Assembly: GCF_032191835.1 (NCBI RefSeq)
Contig: NC_083237.1
Coordinates: 40,176,001-40,240,000, forward strand
Direction: 5' to 3'
From: Heteronotia binoei
Lineage: Eukaryota
DNA length: 64,000 nt
Below are positions 36,585-48,608 of this stretch, in pieces (positions within the stretch are counted from its first letter, which is position 1; every line of letters starts with the position of its first letter). The notes beneath the pieces are model-generated. The model did no database searches and had not been told where the DNA came from. It saw nothing but the letters and a program-made list of their open reading frames with translations. A program made the position numbers and the translations under genes.

Positions 36585-36800
36585 TGTGGGGAAGAAGAAG
36601 CAAGGCCAAATGGCCGCCAAACACCAGGGAAAAGTACAGCACTCAAAAAATGGCCGCCCCAAGCACAGGGTATGGGGAAGAAGAAGCAAAGCCAAAATGG
36701 CTGCCAAGCACCAGGGAAAAGTACAGCAACTCAACAATGGCCACCCAAAGCACCAGGAACGGGGGAGAAGCAGCAAGGCTAAAATGACCGCCAAGCCCCA
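36585..36800. repeat. Three degenerate units of about 80 bp with repeated AAATGGCCGCC motifs
   Basis: ggggaagaagaagcaa…aaatggccgccaaacaccagggaaaagtacagca repeated three times. Confidence 0.8.
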
Positions 36801-38084
36801 GGGTAAAGTACAATTACAAGCACCCTCGAACCCATTGACCAATAGCCGCCTCTCAAAACGGCCACTGAGCCCGGCTGCTCACCACTCTCTTGGCCAAATG
36901 GCCGCCTAATCCCCTGACAGAATGAAGGGGGAGGGGGTCCAAAACTGGACTGCTATTTATAGAAGGCACTGCTACTAGGGCCCCTGCAAAGAAAGCCTCC
37001 CTCAGCCCAAAGGGCACCCTATAACCCCCCTGGGCACACAGTCAAACTTTAAAGAACAATGCTCCAGCGACGCGCTCCGCTCAGCTCCGCCGATCCACGC
37101 GACGATCCCCAGCCTCCCGGCCTACACAGCCCTCAAACACTAGGAGCGTGCAAACACGCTCCCAGCCCTTCCGAAAACGCCGAGAGGACTGCACGGCGTC
37201 AGACGGGGCTTCAGCAATAGCGCTGAGCCCCGCCCCCTAGAGACACGCTCAAAAGCGTGCCGAAAAAGTCCGCTCTCCCTCTAGGGGGGGCAAAATTCCC
37301 CCTCTAGCCACGCTGTGATGCAGCGGGCTCAAGGAGGGTCCATTTTGGGAATTAAGGGGTAGAAACCATTGCTTTGATGTAGAAGGTTAAATGCCAATAG
37401 TTCGAGCTGATCTCCATCAGTTCCAATACCTGCCATGCTGAAGTAACTCTGAAGTATCCAATAAATGCAACTTTGTTTCAAAATACCAAGTCTGCTTACT
37501 TGTGAGCTTCAATGACCCTACGCCTGACAGGTGGATTTGCCAAACAAAAGCAAAACAAAAGGCAGCTGTAGTTAGACTAGTCTGACTCAGCAATTTCTGA
37601 AGTGAAATTTTCCCCACAATTTCCCCATCCAGGAAAAAAAAAGTCTCTTCTTAATTTTCTATGTTGTGTTGTTAAAGATATGAGCAGGGCCCATCCCAAA
37701 TTAGAAAAGTTAACAAATGTTGTGAGCACACTGTTTTCATTTGCAAACCCTCTTTTCTGAGATGGGTTCTTCCATATCAGGATGAAATTTCACTTGTGTA
37801 ATGTAACAAAACTGGATGCCTCAGCATATCAATGATACAAAATGATATACATTAAAATGGTGCTTTATGTCCACCACATCAATTTTCTTTTGCCTGCTGT
37901 GTTGTCCATGAAGAATTTCTGATATGCAGTTGAGGGGAGGGGGGAGGAAATTCCTGGTAGCTAAGCTCTGCTCCTGTCATGGATCTCATAGGATATAAAA
38001 CATAAGAAAACAAAAGAAATAGGATCTGTGGTGATGAAGATGGGTAGAACAATTACAACACACTCAACCAAAAAAGAGAAGCAG

Positions 38085-38305
38085 GAGGAGAGCTGCGTTT
38101 TATACCCCAATTTTTACCACGTGAAGGAGTGTTAGGGTGTCTTACAGTTGTGTTCCCTTTGAGAGTAGGTGGGACTGAGGGAGCTCTGAGACAACTGTGA
38201 CTGACCCAAGGTCACCCAGCTGGCTGCACGTGAAGGAGTAGGGAATCAAACTCAGTTCTCCAGATTAGAGTCCACCTCTCTTAACCGCTGCACCACACTG
38301 GCTCC
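38085..38305 (-). mobile_element. Squam3-like (MIR/Ther1-related) SINE
   Basis: Minus-strand tRNA-like head gagccagtgtggtgcagcggttaagagaggtggactctaatctggagaactgagtttgattccc. Same family as 51150-51426. Confidence 0.7.
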
Positions 38306-38409
38306 CAATTATATAAACAAGTAAGGGCTTATTTGTATATCCTGGTAAAAACTGGTCCATTCTAAACATATTTGTGGAGTATTTTTCATTGTAAATAATT
38401 TTAATAGTC

Positions 38410-38690
38410 ATTTATCCTGAAATTTATTCAATCATTCATGTTTTCAAAACCAGAGGAACTCTCTTCTGGCTTTTTGTGTCCCAGGAGTCAAATCTCCTCT
38501 AAAAATAACTTATCTGCTTAATGAGAAGCTGATGCAGATAAACATGATAAATAAATGTTTTCCCATCATTCTAAACTCACCTTCTTTACCAGGAGCTGAA
38601 AATTTGCTTATACCACCTTCTTCTCAATTATATTTCAGATATAGGTCTAACATCTCATCAGAAAACAAAAAACATAACCTATCCAGGTAT
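38410..38690 (+). promoter_or_regulatory. Putative promoter and non-coding exon 1 of the 39710 OR
   Basis: Homologous to 1800-2090: TCCCAGGAG at 38479, TAATGA near 38519 and donor CAG|GTATGT at 38687. Confidence 0.55.
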
Positions 38691-39709
38691 GTTCCATGGA
38701 GCAAATAGTTTCCTTTGGATAATTCTTTTGTAGGCCATTGAACAATGATTAGTGCTGAGCAGGGGTCATTTTGTAGAAAAAAGAGGTGTCAGAGTTCATT
38801 AGCACAACTTATTTGCATAACTCATTTGCATGAGCCACATACCCCTGACATCACCAGAAGATGTGCTAAATTATATCAGCTCAGCATCTACCTTAAGATG
38901 CTTCTTGAATTATAATTGTCATAGTAAAACCTTACTACCATTATATTTTTTTAAGAATTACTTTCTCCTATGCAGCCACAGTGGCATGATAAAGATTTCC
39001 ATCTGTCTTCTTTATATGTTTTGGTTATTTTCCCATATTGTGTGTGTGTGTGTGTGCAAATATTAGAAAGTTTGTCAAATTTTACAATTCAGCAAAATTC
39101 TCCTGGGGGTTGAACAATGGAGCCCAGAAGTAAGTATTTGGCGGGCAGGGGCGTGAAAGAAAGAAAGATGTCGAGTCTTTTCGTATTGCACAGCCTGATA
39201 TTTTCAGATCTCAAAACTAAGGGGGGTGGGGGTCAGCCCTGGTTCATACTTGAATGGGAGACCACCAAAAAAGCCCAGATGCACTTCGGTGAGAAGGGCG
39301 GGATATAAGTCCACTAAATAAATAAATAAATAAATAAATAAGATGCAGAGGCAGGCAATAGCAAAGTCCCCTGGAATGTCTCTTGCCTTGAAAACTCTAC
39401 AGTGTTCCCATAAGTCAGCTGTGATTTGACAGCAATTTCCACTACCACACTGTGTAGAATTCAGGAATTCTATCAAGGGTTACAGGCCCACCATCTTGAC
39501 TTATTTCCTAGTAATGCAATAATGTGCTTTCTAAATTTAATACACTGCATATGTGCTTTTACACAATACGTATTGGTAAAATAAAAGCCTCATAGGAGTC
39601 AGCTTTAAAGCTCCCTATCCATCACAACCATGCTCTTTTCTCACAGACCTTTCATTTTGTTATGGAACAACTGACCAGTTGTTGATTTTCATCTTCTATT
39701 TCCACAGCA

Positions 39710-40648
39710 ATGGGAAACCAGACAGAGGTGCATGAGTTTGTTCTCACTGGACTAACAAAAGACCACCAAAAGCAACACATCCTCTTTATATTTTTTCTGC
39801 TGATCTACATAGCCAGCTTACTGGGGAATGGAGCCATTTTGGCTGTAGCAGTAGCAGAACCACGCCTCCACACCCCTATGTACTTTTTTTTAGGCAATCT
39901 CTCCTGGTTGGACATATGTAGTTGTACTGTTACTGTGCCCAAAATGCTGAGTGGATTCCTAATGGAGCCCCAGGCAATTTCTTTTATTGGATGCCTAACT
40001 CAACTGCACTTTTTCCACTTCCTGGGAAGCAGTGAAGGCATCCTTCTGGGTGTTATGGCATTTGATCGCTGTGTGGCTATCTGCAATCCTCTGCGTTACA
40101 TGGTCATCATGAATAAATGGGCTTGCCTTCTGCTAGCTGGGGCCACCTGGGCTGCTGGTTTCTTTCATGCCCTTATGCACACAGTTCTGACTTCCCGTCT
40201 ATGGTTCTGTGGCTCCAATCATGTCCAGCATTTCTTTTGTGACATCAAGCCCCTCCTAAAATTGGCCTGCAGTAGTACCACTGTCAACCTCAGTCTTCTT
40301 AATATTGTTACTGGTTCAATTGCTATGGGTGCTTTCTTCCTCACCCTTCTCTCCTACTTTTACATCATATCCTTCCTCTTCTTCAAAGTCCAATCTTGGC
40401 AAAACCGTTGGAAAGCCTTCTCGACTTGTGCTTCCCATCTAACTGTTGTGGCTCTCTTGTATGTTCCAGTTCTGTCTAACTACATGCTTGCATCTGGGGA
40501 ATCAGCTGAAAGAGAGATGATCGTCACTATATTGTATAGCGCAATAACTCCAGTTCTGAATCCTATAATTTATACTCTTAGGAATCAAGAGGTAAAATCT
40601 GCTCTGAAAAAAATGTTGACCAGAAAAGAGATGTCTGGAAGGATATAA
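39710..40648 (+). CDS. Olfactory receptor, OR12D-like, intact (312 aa)
   Basis: Complete OR motif set, with MAFDRCVAIC in place of DRY. Acceptor ttccacag|caATG. Confidence 0.95.
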   Translation: MGNQTEVHEFVLTGLTKDHQKQHILFIFFLLIYIASLLGNGAILAVAVAEPRLHTPMYFFLGNLSWLDICSCTVTVPKMLSGFLMEPQAISFIGCLTQLHFFHFLGSSEGILLGVMAFDRCVAICNPLRYMVIMNKWACLLLAGATWAAGFFHALMHTVLTSRLWFCGSNHVQHFFCDIKPLLKLACSSTTVNLSLLNIVTGSIAMGAFFLTLLSYFYIISFLFFKVQSWQNRWKAFSTCASHLTVVALLYVPVLSNYMLASGESAEREMIVTILYSAITPVLNPIIYTLRNQEVKSALKKMLTRKEMSGRI

Positions 40649-40921
40649 ACTTATTATGTGTTTATTCGCTTTTCTCTATCCTTATGTCCATATGTCTTTC
40701 TGACTTCTTCTTAGCTGCAGTGGTTGCCTGTAAGACAGTTGAACTTGGATCTGTTCAAGATCTTTGAGTCAAATGAAAAGTTAAGAACTAAGAACTGTCT
40801 TCTCTCACCAACATTATAAAACATTATATGACCAAGAAGAACAACACAGAATGGGAATGCATAATTCCTTAAATTCATTAAGTTCCTTAGGGCAAATTAA
40901 GTAAGTCATAAAGTATACATG

Positions 40922-41221
40922 GAAAGGAAAGGTTCCCTGTGCAAGCACCAGTCATTTCCAACTCTGGGGTGACATTGCTTTCACAATGTTTTCACAGCAG
41001 ACTTTTTATGGAGTGGTTCGCCATTGCCTCCCCCAGTCATCTACACTTTCCCACCAGCAAGCTGGGTACTCATTTTACCGACCTTGGAAGGATGGAAGGC
41101 TGAGTCAACCTCGAGCTAGCTACCTGAAAACCCAGCTACCGCCGGGGATCGAACTCAGGTCGTGAGCAGAGCTTAGGACTGCAGTACTGCAGCTTTAACA
41201 CTCTGCGCCATGGGGTTCTTA
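40922..41221 (-). mobile_element. tRNA-derived squamate SINE
   Basis: Reverse copy of the 4665 family with a 14-bp TSD ATAAAGTATACATG (40908-40921 and 41222-41235). Confidence 0.85.
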
Positions 41222-42514
41222 ATAAAGTATACATGACATGCATATATATGGTATTCTGTCAGTTGGGGATTCTACAATATGGAGAAAAATTCTGCTGGGG
41301 TTGCTGGTGGATACGTTGCCCTGCTGATTTCCATCACCATATAAGTTGGAGAGGTGACATTTTTTGTTTAAAAAGTGTATCCTATCTTCTGGTCTTTTAA
41401 TGAGCCTTGGTGTTCAGATGAAGATTCCATAAAATGGTGTGCATTTTTGGAAGGAGGCTGCACCACATTCACTCAGTGCTATTGGACAAGATTAATTTCC
41501 AGTACCTACCACTAGGGTATTTTCATACAATCTTATGACGATCACTAGTTATAAGTGTCAGCGAAGGGTTAATTGAAGTTTCAAAATGACCAGACTTGTC
41601 TTTGTTGAAAAAACTAAGTTGCCTTTAGTTTTTTTGATAACTGCAATGTTACTCTAAGCATGGATGCATTGGAACTGATAACAATTGGTTCGAGCCGTTG
41701 GCATTTATGAATACACTTCAAAGGATTTGTGCTTTAAACTAATTCCCATAATAAAACTACAGACTGACCCTGCAAGTAACACTTTCACATGCCCGCTTAT
41801 CTCTCACAGTTGTTGGTTACATCCCCCTCCTGGTGATGTTCTTGCACTGCTCAGGAGGCGCCTGGGAAGCTAGTTGCGCACTCTGCACTTCAAAGACCTT
41901 GTGGGCCTTTGATGCCCCTGAGACATTCATCCTCCCCCCCCCCCCTTTGTTACTGTACACGGTATCATGGCTAGTAGCATAGGACTTTATTAAACATTCT
42001 GGTTAGTAAGCAGCAGGTAATATATTCAGAAAGCAAATGCATAACTTCAATGAAACAATAGCCTGACAATAAGGCTTGTTGAGGAGAAAAATGCAACAGA
42101 AGCTAGAAATTCACTGTGGGTATCATGGCTTTTGTGGGGCTGGGAAGGGAAGGATAGAGGCAAGGGATGTTGGGAAGGAAAATGTAGATAGTGGGGGAAT
42201 GTGGGTGGGTTATCTGAGAAGGGGGATAGATTGACAAAAAAGGGATGGAGGCAAAAGAGATGAGGTAGATTGCTTTCCATTTCCTCCTCTCTCTCTGCAG
42301 TCTCTACTTAGGAAAAAGTATAGTGTTTCTCGGCAGTGGGGACCTAAGCAGCTTACATCATTCTCCTCTCCCCTTTTTGATCTGCAAAAGAACCCTGTAA
42401 GGCAGGTTAGGGTGAAAGTCTGTGACTGGTCTGAAATTACCCAGTCAGCTTCCACAGCAAGAAGCTGGGTCTAGCAGACCCTGCTCTGAAGTGCCCACTG
42501 CCAAGTCACACTGA

Positions 42515-42778
42515 GACCGTTTTCGCACACAGCTTACCATGCGGTCACATTCCTGTTCTCTCCGCAGCGTCTGTCGGATTTCCCATAATCTGTGCCGGAG
42601 TTACAGGAAGTATCGTGGCTTTTGTGCAGCAAACATAAAGTGGGTTTTAGTGGTTTACGTTTGCTATGCAAAAGCTGCCACACTTCCTGTAACTTCGGTG
42701 CAGATAATGGGAAATCCGACGGACGCTACGGAGAAAACAGGAATGTGACCCCGTGGTAAGCTGTGTGCGAAAACGGTA
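42515..42778. mobile_element. Fold-back (palindromic) MITE, probably PIF/Harbinger-derived
   Basis: accgttttcgcacacagcttacc…ggtaagctgtgtgcgaaaacggt; nearly the whole element is self-complementary. 3-bp TSD TGA. Confidence 0.75.
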
Positions 42779-43248
42779 TGACTGTCATAGGGGGCTGAAA
42801 TCAGCAGGGTATAATGTACCATTTTCTCCAGGGGAATTGATATCTGCCCATCTGGAGTGCAGTTGTAATTCTGAGTGATCTCCAGGCCTCACTTAGAGAT
42901 TGCAAACCAATAGGGAAGAACACAGTAGGGTTGAAAGCCTAAGAAATATCGCATTCAAAAGAGATGATAAACCTCTCAAAAAAGTCTCTAAGGACTAATA
43001 AGAAACTTCAAAGAATTGCACAGGCTCAATGCCAAAAATTGTTTTTACTGCCAGTCTAACTAGTAAAGCTGTGAGCTCGTTAAAGGCACAAAGCCTATTT
43101 TTCACAAACTTATACCACTTATACAAAACATTTACAAAATTACAAAATCACAAATCACACAGAAAAACAAATCACTTGAAGAGTCCACCCCAGGAAGGGT
43201 TGCTGAAGTAGCAGTTTTGACACGCAGACCTCTCCGTGGAAAAACCAT

Positions 43249-43534
43249 GGGCGTTTTCGCACTCACCTTCAGCCGGCGCGACCCCCCTCTTCACCGCGCA
43301 GGATCTGCGCGGATTTCGCACTAAATGCCGCGGAGCAGCCTTTTGCGCCGGAAACTCCCGACGCAAAAGCCGCTCAAACGTAAACCGCCAAAAAGCAGTT
43401 TCCGTTTGTGCGGCTTTTGCGACGGGAGTTTCCAGCTCTTCCGGCTGTTCCGCGGCATTTAGTACGAAATCCGCGCAGATCCTGCGCGGTGAAGAGGGGG
43501 GTCGCGCCGGCTGAACGTGAGTGCGAAAACGCCC
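43249..43534. mobile_element. Fold-back MITE, CpG-rich
   Basis: gggcgttttcgcactcac…gtgagtgcgaaaacgccc with long internal arms. The TIR is related to 42515-42778; no clear TSD. Confidence 0.75.
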
Positions 43535-44782
43535 AAAGTGAATGTTGACAAACTCTTTGAACAACAATGTTGTAGTGTAGTGAAGACTTGAAGACAAACA
43601 AGAAGTATAATTGATAACACATTTCCCATGTAAAATTTATGTGTTTTGATACCAACTTCCTGTGATCAAAATACTTCAATAATCTGGAACCAATGCTCTA
43701 TCACAGTATGCATACAGTTAGTCAATTACTCCAAGCAGGCATTAGCGGTTCTAGTAATTCACTTGGAGATTGGCAAGTGAGGAAATGGCTGGTTTGGAGG
43801 GTGGATTCTATGGCATTGTACCAGTTTGAGTTTGAGTTCCCACTCCTTCGCAACCCCCATCCTCTCCAGGCTTCACCCCCTCAAATCTACAGGAATTTAC
43901 TAACACCAAGTAAGCGTGTCCTCTTGGAAGCACCAGTTAGGAACAAATATGTGTAACAGCTGCCAAGGTTAATTATAGTAAATTCTAATGCATAACATGA
44001 TAAAGAACAAGCACAAGCACAAAATGCCACAAGAGTGTATTAAAAATGCACAGAAATGCAGTTCTGGCTGGCTTGCTGTCAGGGGTGTGGCACAATATGC
44101 AAATGAGTTCCTGCTGATCTTTTCCTACAAGAAAGCCCTGAGCAAAACAATAGTGATATCAGGGGTATGTCGTAATATGCAAATGAGTTCCTGCTGGTCT
44201 TTTTCTACAAAAAAGCCCTGTAATTATCATTGTTTTATAAAGGGCAAAACTCTGGACTAAGCTGGTGCCACTGCACCCAGAAGCACCCTCAACACCCCCG
44301 TCCACATGCCTGCCACCGGAAGGCCATTCCTCAGGAAGGCTTATAAGCGGGGGTGGAGCTACCAGGGGGTGGGACCAGGGTGGCAGACATAGACATAGCT
44401 GCTTGAGACAAAAATATCCTAGTAATAGTAGAGAATGCAAAAGGCAACTGTATACCATATTCTGTGAACCCTCAAATGAAATGACTAGATACAAAAATAT
44501 CATTTAGGCCCTTCCCAGCTGTGAAATGGTACACAGTCACTTTTTTCTTCTAGGAACAAAGCACTGGGCTCCAAGGAGGATCATTGTTGGGACTCTTGTG
44601 TTGTTGCATTACTTTTACTTCATGGGCAGTGGTGAAGGCATCTTTCCAGGGGTCACATGGCATTCAATCATTATCTGGCTTCATGCAACTGTTACCATGA
44701 ATAAATGTACTTTGCTTTTGCTAGTTTGTGGCGGGGGGGGGGGTGGGAACCTAGGCTACTGGATTTTTTCAAGTCTTGATGC

Positions 44783-45411
44783 TGTCCCATCCTGGCTGAG
44801 ACAGGACTCTCGAGGCCCCAACAAACCTTCTGGCCGCCCAACACGGTCCACCCCTCTGCTGACTGGAGCCAAGAACTGATGGGCCCGCCCCCAGACCTGG
44901 ACAAGGTGGCCGAGCCACGACCATGGCTGGGGGAGAGGAAGAGCAGGAACACCACCCGGCTGAGAGAGCAGGGAAGGCAGGAGCCCCAAGCCACAGTGGC
45001 TGGTGCTGGTGCTCCCAGAAGCACCCTCAACACCCCCGTCCACACGCCTACCACCGGAAGGCCATTCCCCAGGAAGGCCTTCCTTAGCATCCCTGCTTAT
45101 AAGCGGGGGCGAAGCTACCAGGGGGTGAGACCAGGGTGGCAGGGAGGAGACGGGGGGAGGGATAAAAGGCCGCAAGGCTGAGAGGTCAGGGAGGAAACTA
45201 GCCGATGCGAGGAACAGGCTGCCGAGACAGAGAGAGTGTGGAGCCCCAGCACAACCAAGGAGGACACGAGTATAAACGGGTGAGGTAACCCAGCTCTGTC
45301 CTCCCACATTCTGAGACCTCTGGGATGCCAAGCCGAGCCCCGGCCCAAACCAGGTCACTAAGCGAGCAGTAGTCACGGCGGGGCATGGCGGGGGCCAGCA
45401 GGGGCGTGACA
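44783..45411. mobile_element. Solo LTR (629 bp, gypsy/ERV type)
   Basis: TGTCCC…GGGGCGTGACA ends and 5-bp TSD GATGC (44778-44782 and 45412-45416). Orientation is not determined. Confidence 0.85.
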
Positions 45412-45744
45412 GATGCATACCATGGAAAATTAGCTTTGACCACCTTCATGATATAAACAAAAGCTTAAGTTGCCCATCAGAATGGGGCATCATGACATTT
45501 AAGATATTATACATGGACATACATCTTTCAGGAAAACACAGAGATGTTTTGCCACCTTATCTGACATCAATATGTCAATTTTTGGCTCTTGGCCCATGGA
45601 CTTGCTCTCTTTAATTAATAGTGGGCACCTAAATTGTTTCAGAATCACTGTGGAACTGGCGTTATCCACACATCATGAGAAACTGCTTAGCACTTGGGAC
45701 TAGATATATTTAAATATCATTTTATTTTAAATCACTTTGAAAAT

Positions 45745-46025
45745 CAACATTTCTCCAGAGACCTAGTTAATAGCAATTTTTTTTAAAGTTTCATAACTCT
45801 TCTGGGTTATGATATCCCAGGGGCCAAACTGCCTCACGTGATTTTTTTTCCCACCTAATGAAGTAGGTTTATTTAAAGGCAGACATGATAAATACACAGA
45901 TCAGCTACGTTTACAATATAATGAAATCATTTAATTCTGCTGAGCTGTGTCTCTATGAGATTCATTTTAAATAACATATTTAAATATCTTGACTGAAAGA
46001 AGAATGCAATCCCTGCAGGTATGCG
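45745..46025 (+). promoter_or_regulatory. Putative OR promoter and exon 1 block (probably for the 49637 gene)
   Basis: ttctccagagacctag…TCCCAGGGG at 45815, TAATGA at 45856 and donor CAG|GTATGC at 46019. Confidence 0.45.
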
Positions 46026-47806
46026 TTGTAGGGTCAAACCCTTTCTTAATCTTTTTTCGCTTTCCATAGAATATGGATTTCTATATGTTTAGTTAGTGGA
46101 ACCAGTTATGACCAACAACACGTCTCTTAATTCCAGTCTAGTATTTTCTTCATCACCACACAGAGACGGAGGCATTATGGATTAAATACAGCTCATAGGG
46201 TTGGATACCAATGGATTCACTGCTGGTGAAAAATAATGCTCAGCAACTCTTTTGTTATGTCAAGCCCTTCCTCAGATTTACCTACAGCAGCCCTTAACTT
46301 TAGCCTTCTTAACACTATTACTGGTTACACAAATCTGGGTATATTTTTCCTTAAATGCATTTCTTACCTCTACACTGACTCCTTCCTTCCCACACTCTAC
46401 CCTCCCCCCCCAAAAAAAAATCCAGTCTTGACAGAGCTGTTGGAAGCTCTGTCACCTGTATCTCTCATGTGCCAAGGAACTCTGTTTTTGCTCCTGGGGT
46501 TTGGATATACTGATTAAATCAACACAAAAGAATTTATCGCCCCTAATGAAATATTGCCCCTAACAAGATACAGATATGACTAATGAGAGTTCATAATATT
46601 AAATGAAATTTCAACTACTCTTCCATTTTTGCCTCAACAATGGGAAGCTGAAGCTCTAACCTTACTGGGGCTCTGTGCATTTTCTGTGAAGTTTCATATC
46701 TTGACAGAAGGAAGAACAAAACCCATCCAGGTATGATTTGCAGTTGAAAATAAGTTTACCTTGATATTATTTTCATTATCTGAAGTACTTTTGTATACCT
46801 TGTCTCACTGCTCTGTATTTAATAGCATGAGCTATTAGCAGGTGAACACATTCATTACCATGAAGGTGCATACCCTGTCAAACAACGTAAAATGAATTTC
46901 TGTATCATTTTCTATTGATTCTAGTTTTAAGAAGCTTTCTTTATTCCTTCTCAATGAGGCAATAAGGAATGCAGCTAGGATTCGTATAGACATTTCCATC
47001 GACAGCCATAGTGCAATTGCCATTTTTTTTTAGCTAACCCAATACTCTGTTCCTTTAACAGCAACTTTATTGGCAGCAATTAGCAAATGAAAACATGTCT
47101 CTTCCTTCCATTTAAAGACTCACCTGATTAATCTTTTGTATCCTGATGCTATTAAAGCCACAGTGACCAGCTGAAAGTCTGGTGAATCTAGGAGCAAGAT
47201 AAGCCCTTCTTCCATTTGCTCTGCCTGATGTGGGTGGGGATATTTGCAATAGTTGCAGCTATACACACAGCTCCGTGCAGAAGTGTTAGGATGTGAGTCA
47301 AAGGCATGTGTCTTTAAAGATCCACCTATTTTGATGTGATTGCTTGCTCCATGGAAAATATAATTATTGATTATGAGAATGAGGTATAATTAGATTGTTG
47401 TTGATGAGAACAACGTACAACTAATGAAAGTAGAAAGAGAAAGTGGCATGGTATAGCTTATTTTCATTAGATCTTGGAAGCTAAGCAGGATCAGTACTTG
47501 AATGAGAAACCACCAAGGAAAACTCTGGGGAAGTAGGCAATGTCAAACCACCTTTGCTTTTGACTTGCCTTGAAAGACTGTTTCTGGGGCCATCATATGT
47601 TAATTGTATTTTGATGGCACTTACATACCAAATGAGGACAGTAGGCCTAGGATGAAGGTGGAAACCTTAAAAAAATATAACTTTTCTGTACTCCTCTGTA
47701 AATGTAAATATTTGGATTTTTTTCCCCATTTATTCCAAGTGTAGATATATAAATGTGACTTCTAGTACTTTCGCATTCAGTAAATTTGTGCAAAGTGGTT
47801 TGCAAT

Positions 47807-48330
47807 TAGGGTTGCCAAGTCCAATTCAAGAAATATCTGGGGACTTTGTTGGTGGAGCCAGGAGACTTTGGGGGTGGAGCTAGGAGACACTGGGGGTGGA
47901 GTCAGGAGCAAGGTTATGACAAACATAATTGAACTGCAAAGGGCGTTCTGGCCATCACATTTAAAGGGATCACACGCCTTTTAAATGCCTTCTCTCCATT
48001 GGAAATAATGAAGGATAGGGGCACCTTCTTTTGGGGCTCATAGAATTAGACTCCCAGGTCCAATTCTTTTGTGATTTGGATGGTATTTTGGGGAGTGGCA
48101 CTGGATGCTATGCTGAAAATGTGGTGCCTCAACCCCCCAAAACAGCCACCTCAGAGCCCCAGATACCTGTGAATCAATTATCCATTATAGTCTATGGGAA
48201 TCAGTCTCCATAGGTAATAATAGCATGCCCAGCAGACATTCCCCCCCCCCACTTTCTGATGATCCTGAAGTGGGAGGAGGGCCTCCAAACTGGGGGATCC
48301 CCTGCCTCTACCTGAAGATTGGCAATCCTA
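47807..48330 (+). mobile_element. hAT MITE (TAGGGTTGCCA TIR family), 524 bp
   Basis: TAGGGTTGCCAA…TTGGCAATCCTA and an exact 8-bp TSD TTTGCAAT. Confidence 0.9.
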
Positions 48331-48431
48331 TTTGCAATTGAAGTAATATTCAGATTTTGGATGGTTATTATTGAGGTGTAAGAAACTTTAGAACATGATA
48401 TGTATATAAGTTATATATTATATAACTTTTT

Positions 48432-48608
48432 CAGGGCTTTTTTGTAGTAAGAGTGCCTTTGCATATTAGGCCACACCTCCCAGTTGTAGCCAATCCTCCT
48501 GGAGTTTACAGTAGGCCCTGTATTAAGAGACCTGTAAGTTCTTGGAAGATTGGCTATATCAGGGGTGTGTGGCCTAACAGGCAAAGGAGTTCCAGCTACC
48601 AAAAAAGG
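48432..48608. mobile_element. Palindromic hAT-type MITE
   Basis: CAGGGCTTTTTTGTAG…CTACCAAAAAAGG with internal arms ggccacacc/ggtgtgtggcc. Related right ends lie near 44090-44220. Confidence 0.7.

Larger units (their letters stand above)
31427..37344 (-). mobile_element. Second Ngaro-like YR retrotransposon, internally deleted (most of RT/RH/YR lost), with L2 and hAT insertions
   Basis: 3' terminus GTT|gccccccaagtcggaataaaga. It retains SGNH pieces (about 31940-32220 and 33105-33344), the YR C-terminus near 33420-33590, the RT N-terminus near 33600-33990 and gag near 34030-34990. The 5' end at about 37344 is approximate. Confidence 0.8.
44530..46480 (+). pseudogene. Degraded OR12D-like pseudogene fragments (about 44530-44782, 45417-45440, 46230-46480)
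   Basis: LHYFYFMGSGEGIF, GFFQVLMHT (split by an LTR), and FCYVKPFL…LNFSLLNTITG…SYLY. Confidence 0.7.

Noticed and set aside
35819-36646. 275-aa Ala/Cys/Arg-rich ORF
   Set aside because: It is a translation of the GC-rich minisatellite, open frames occur on both strands, and there is no recognisable domain.
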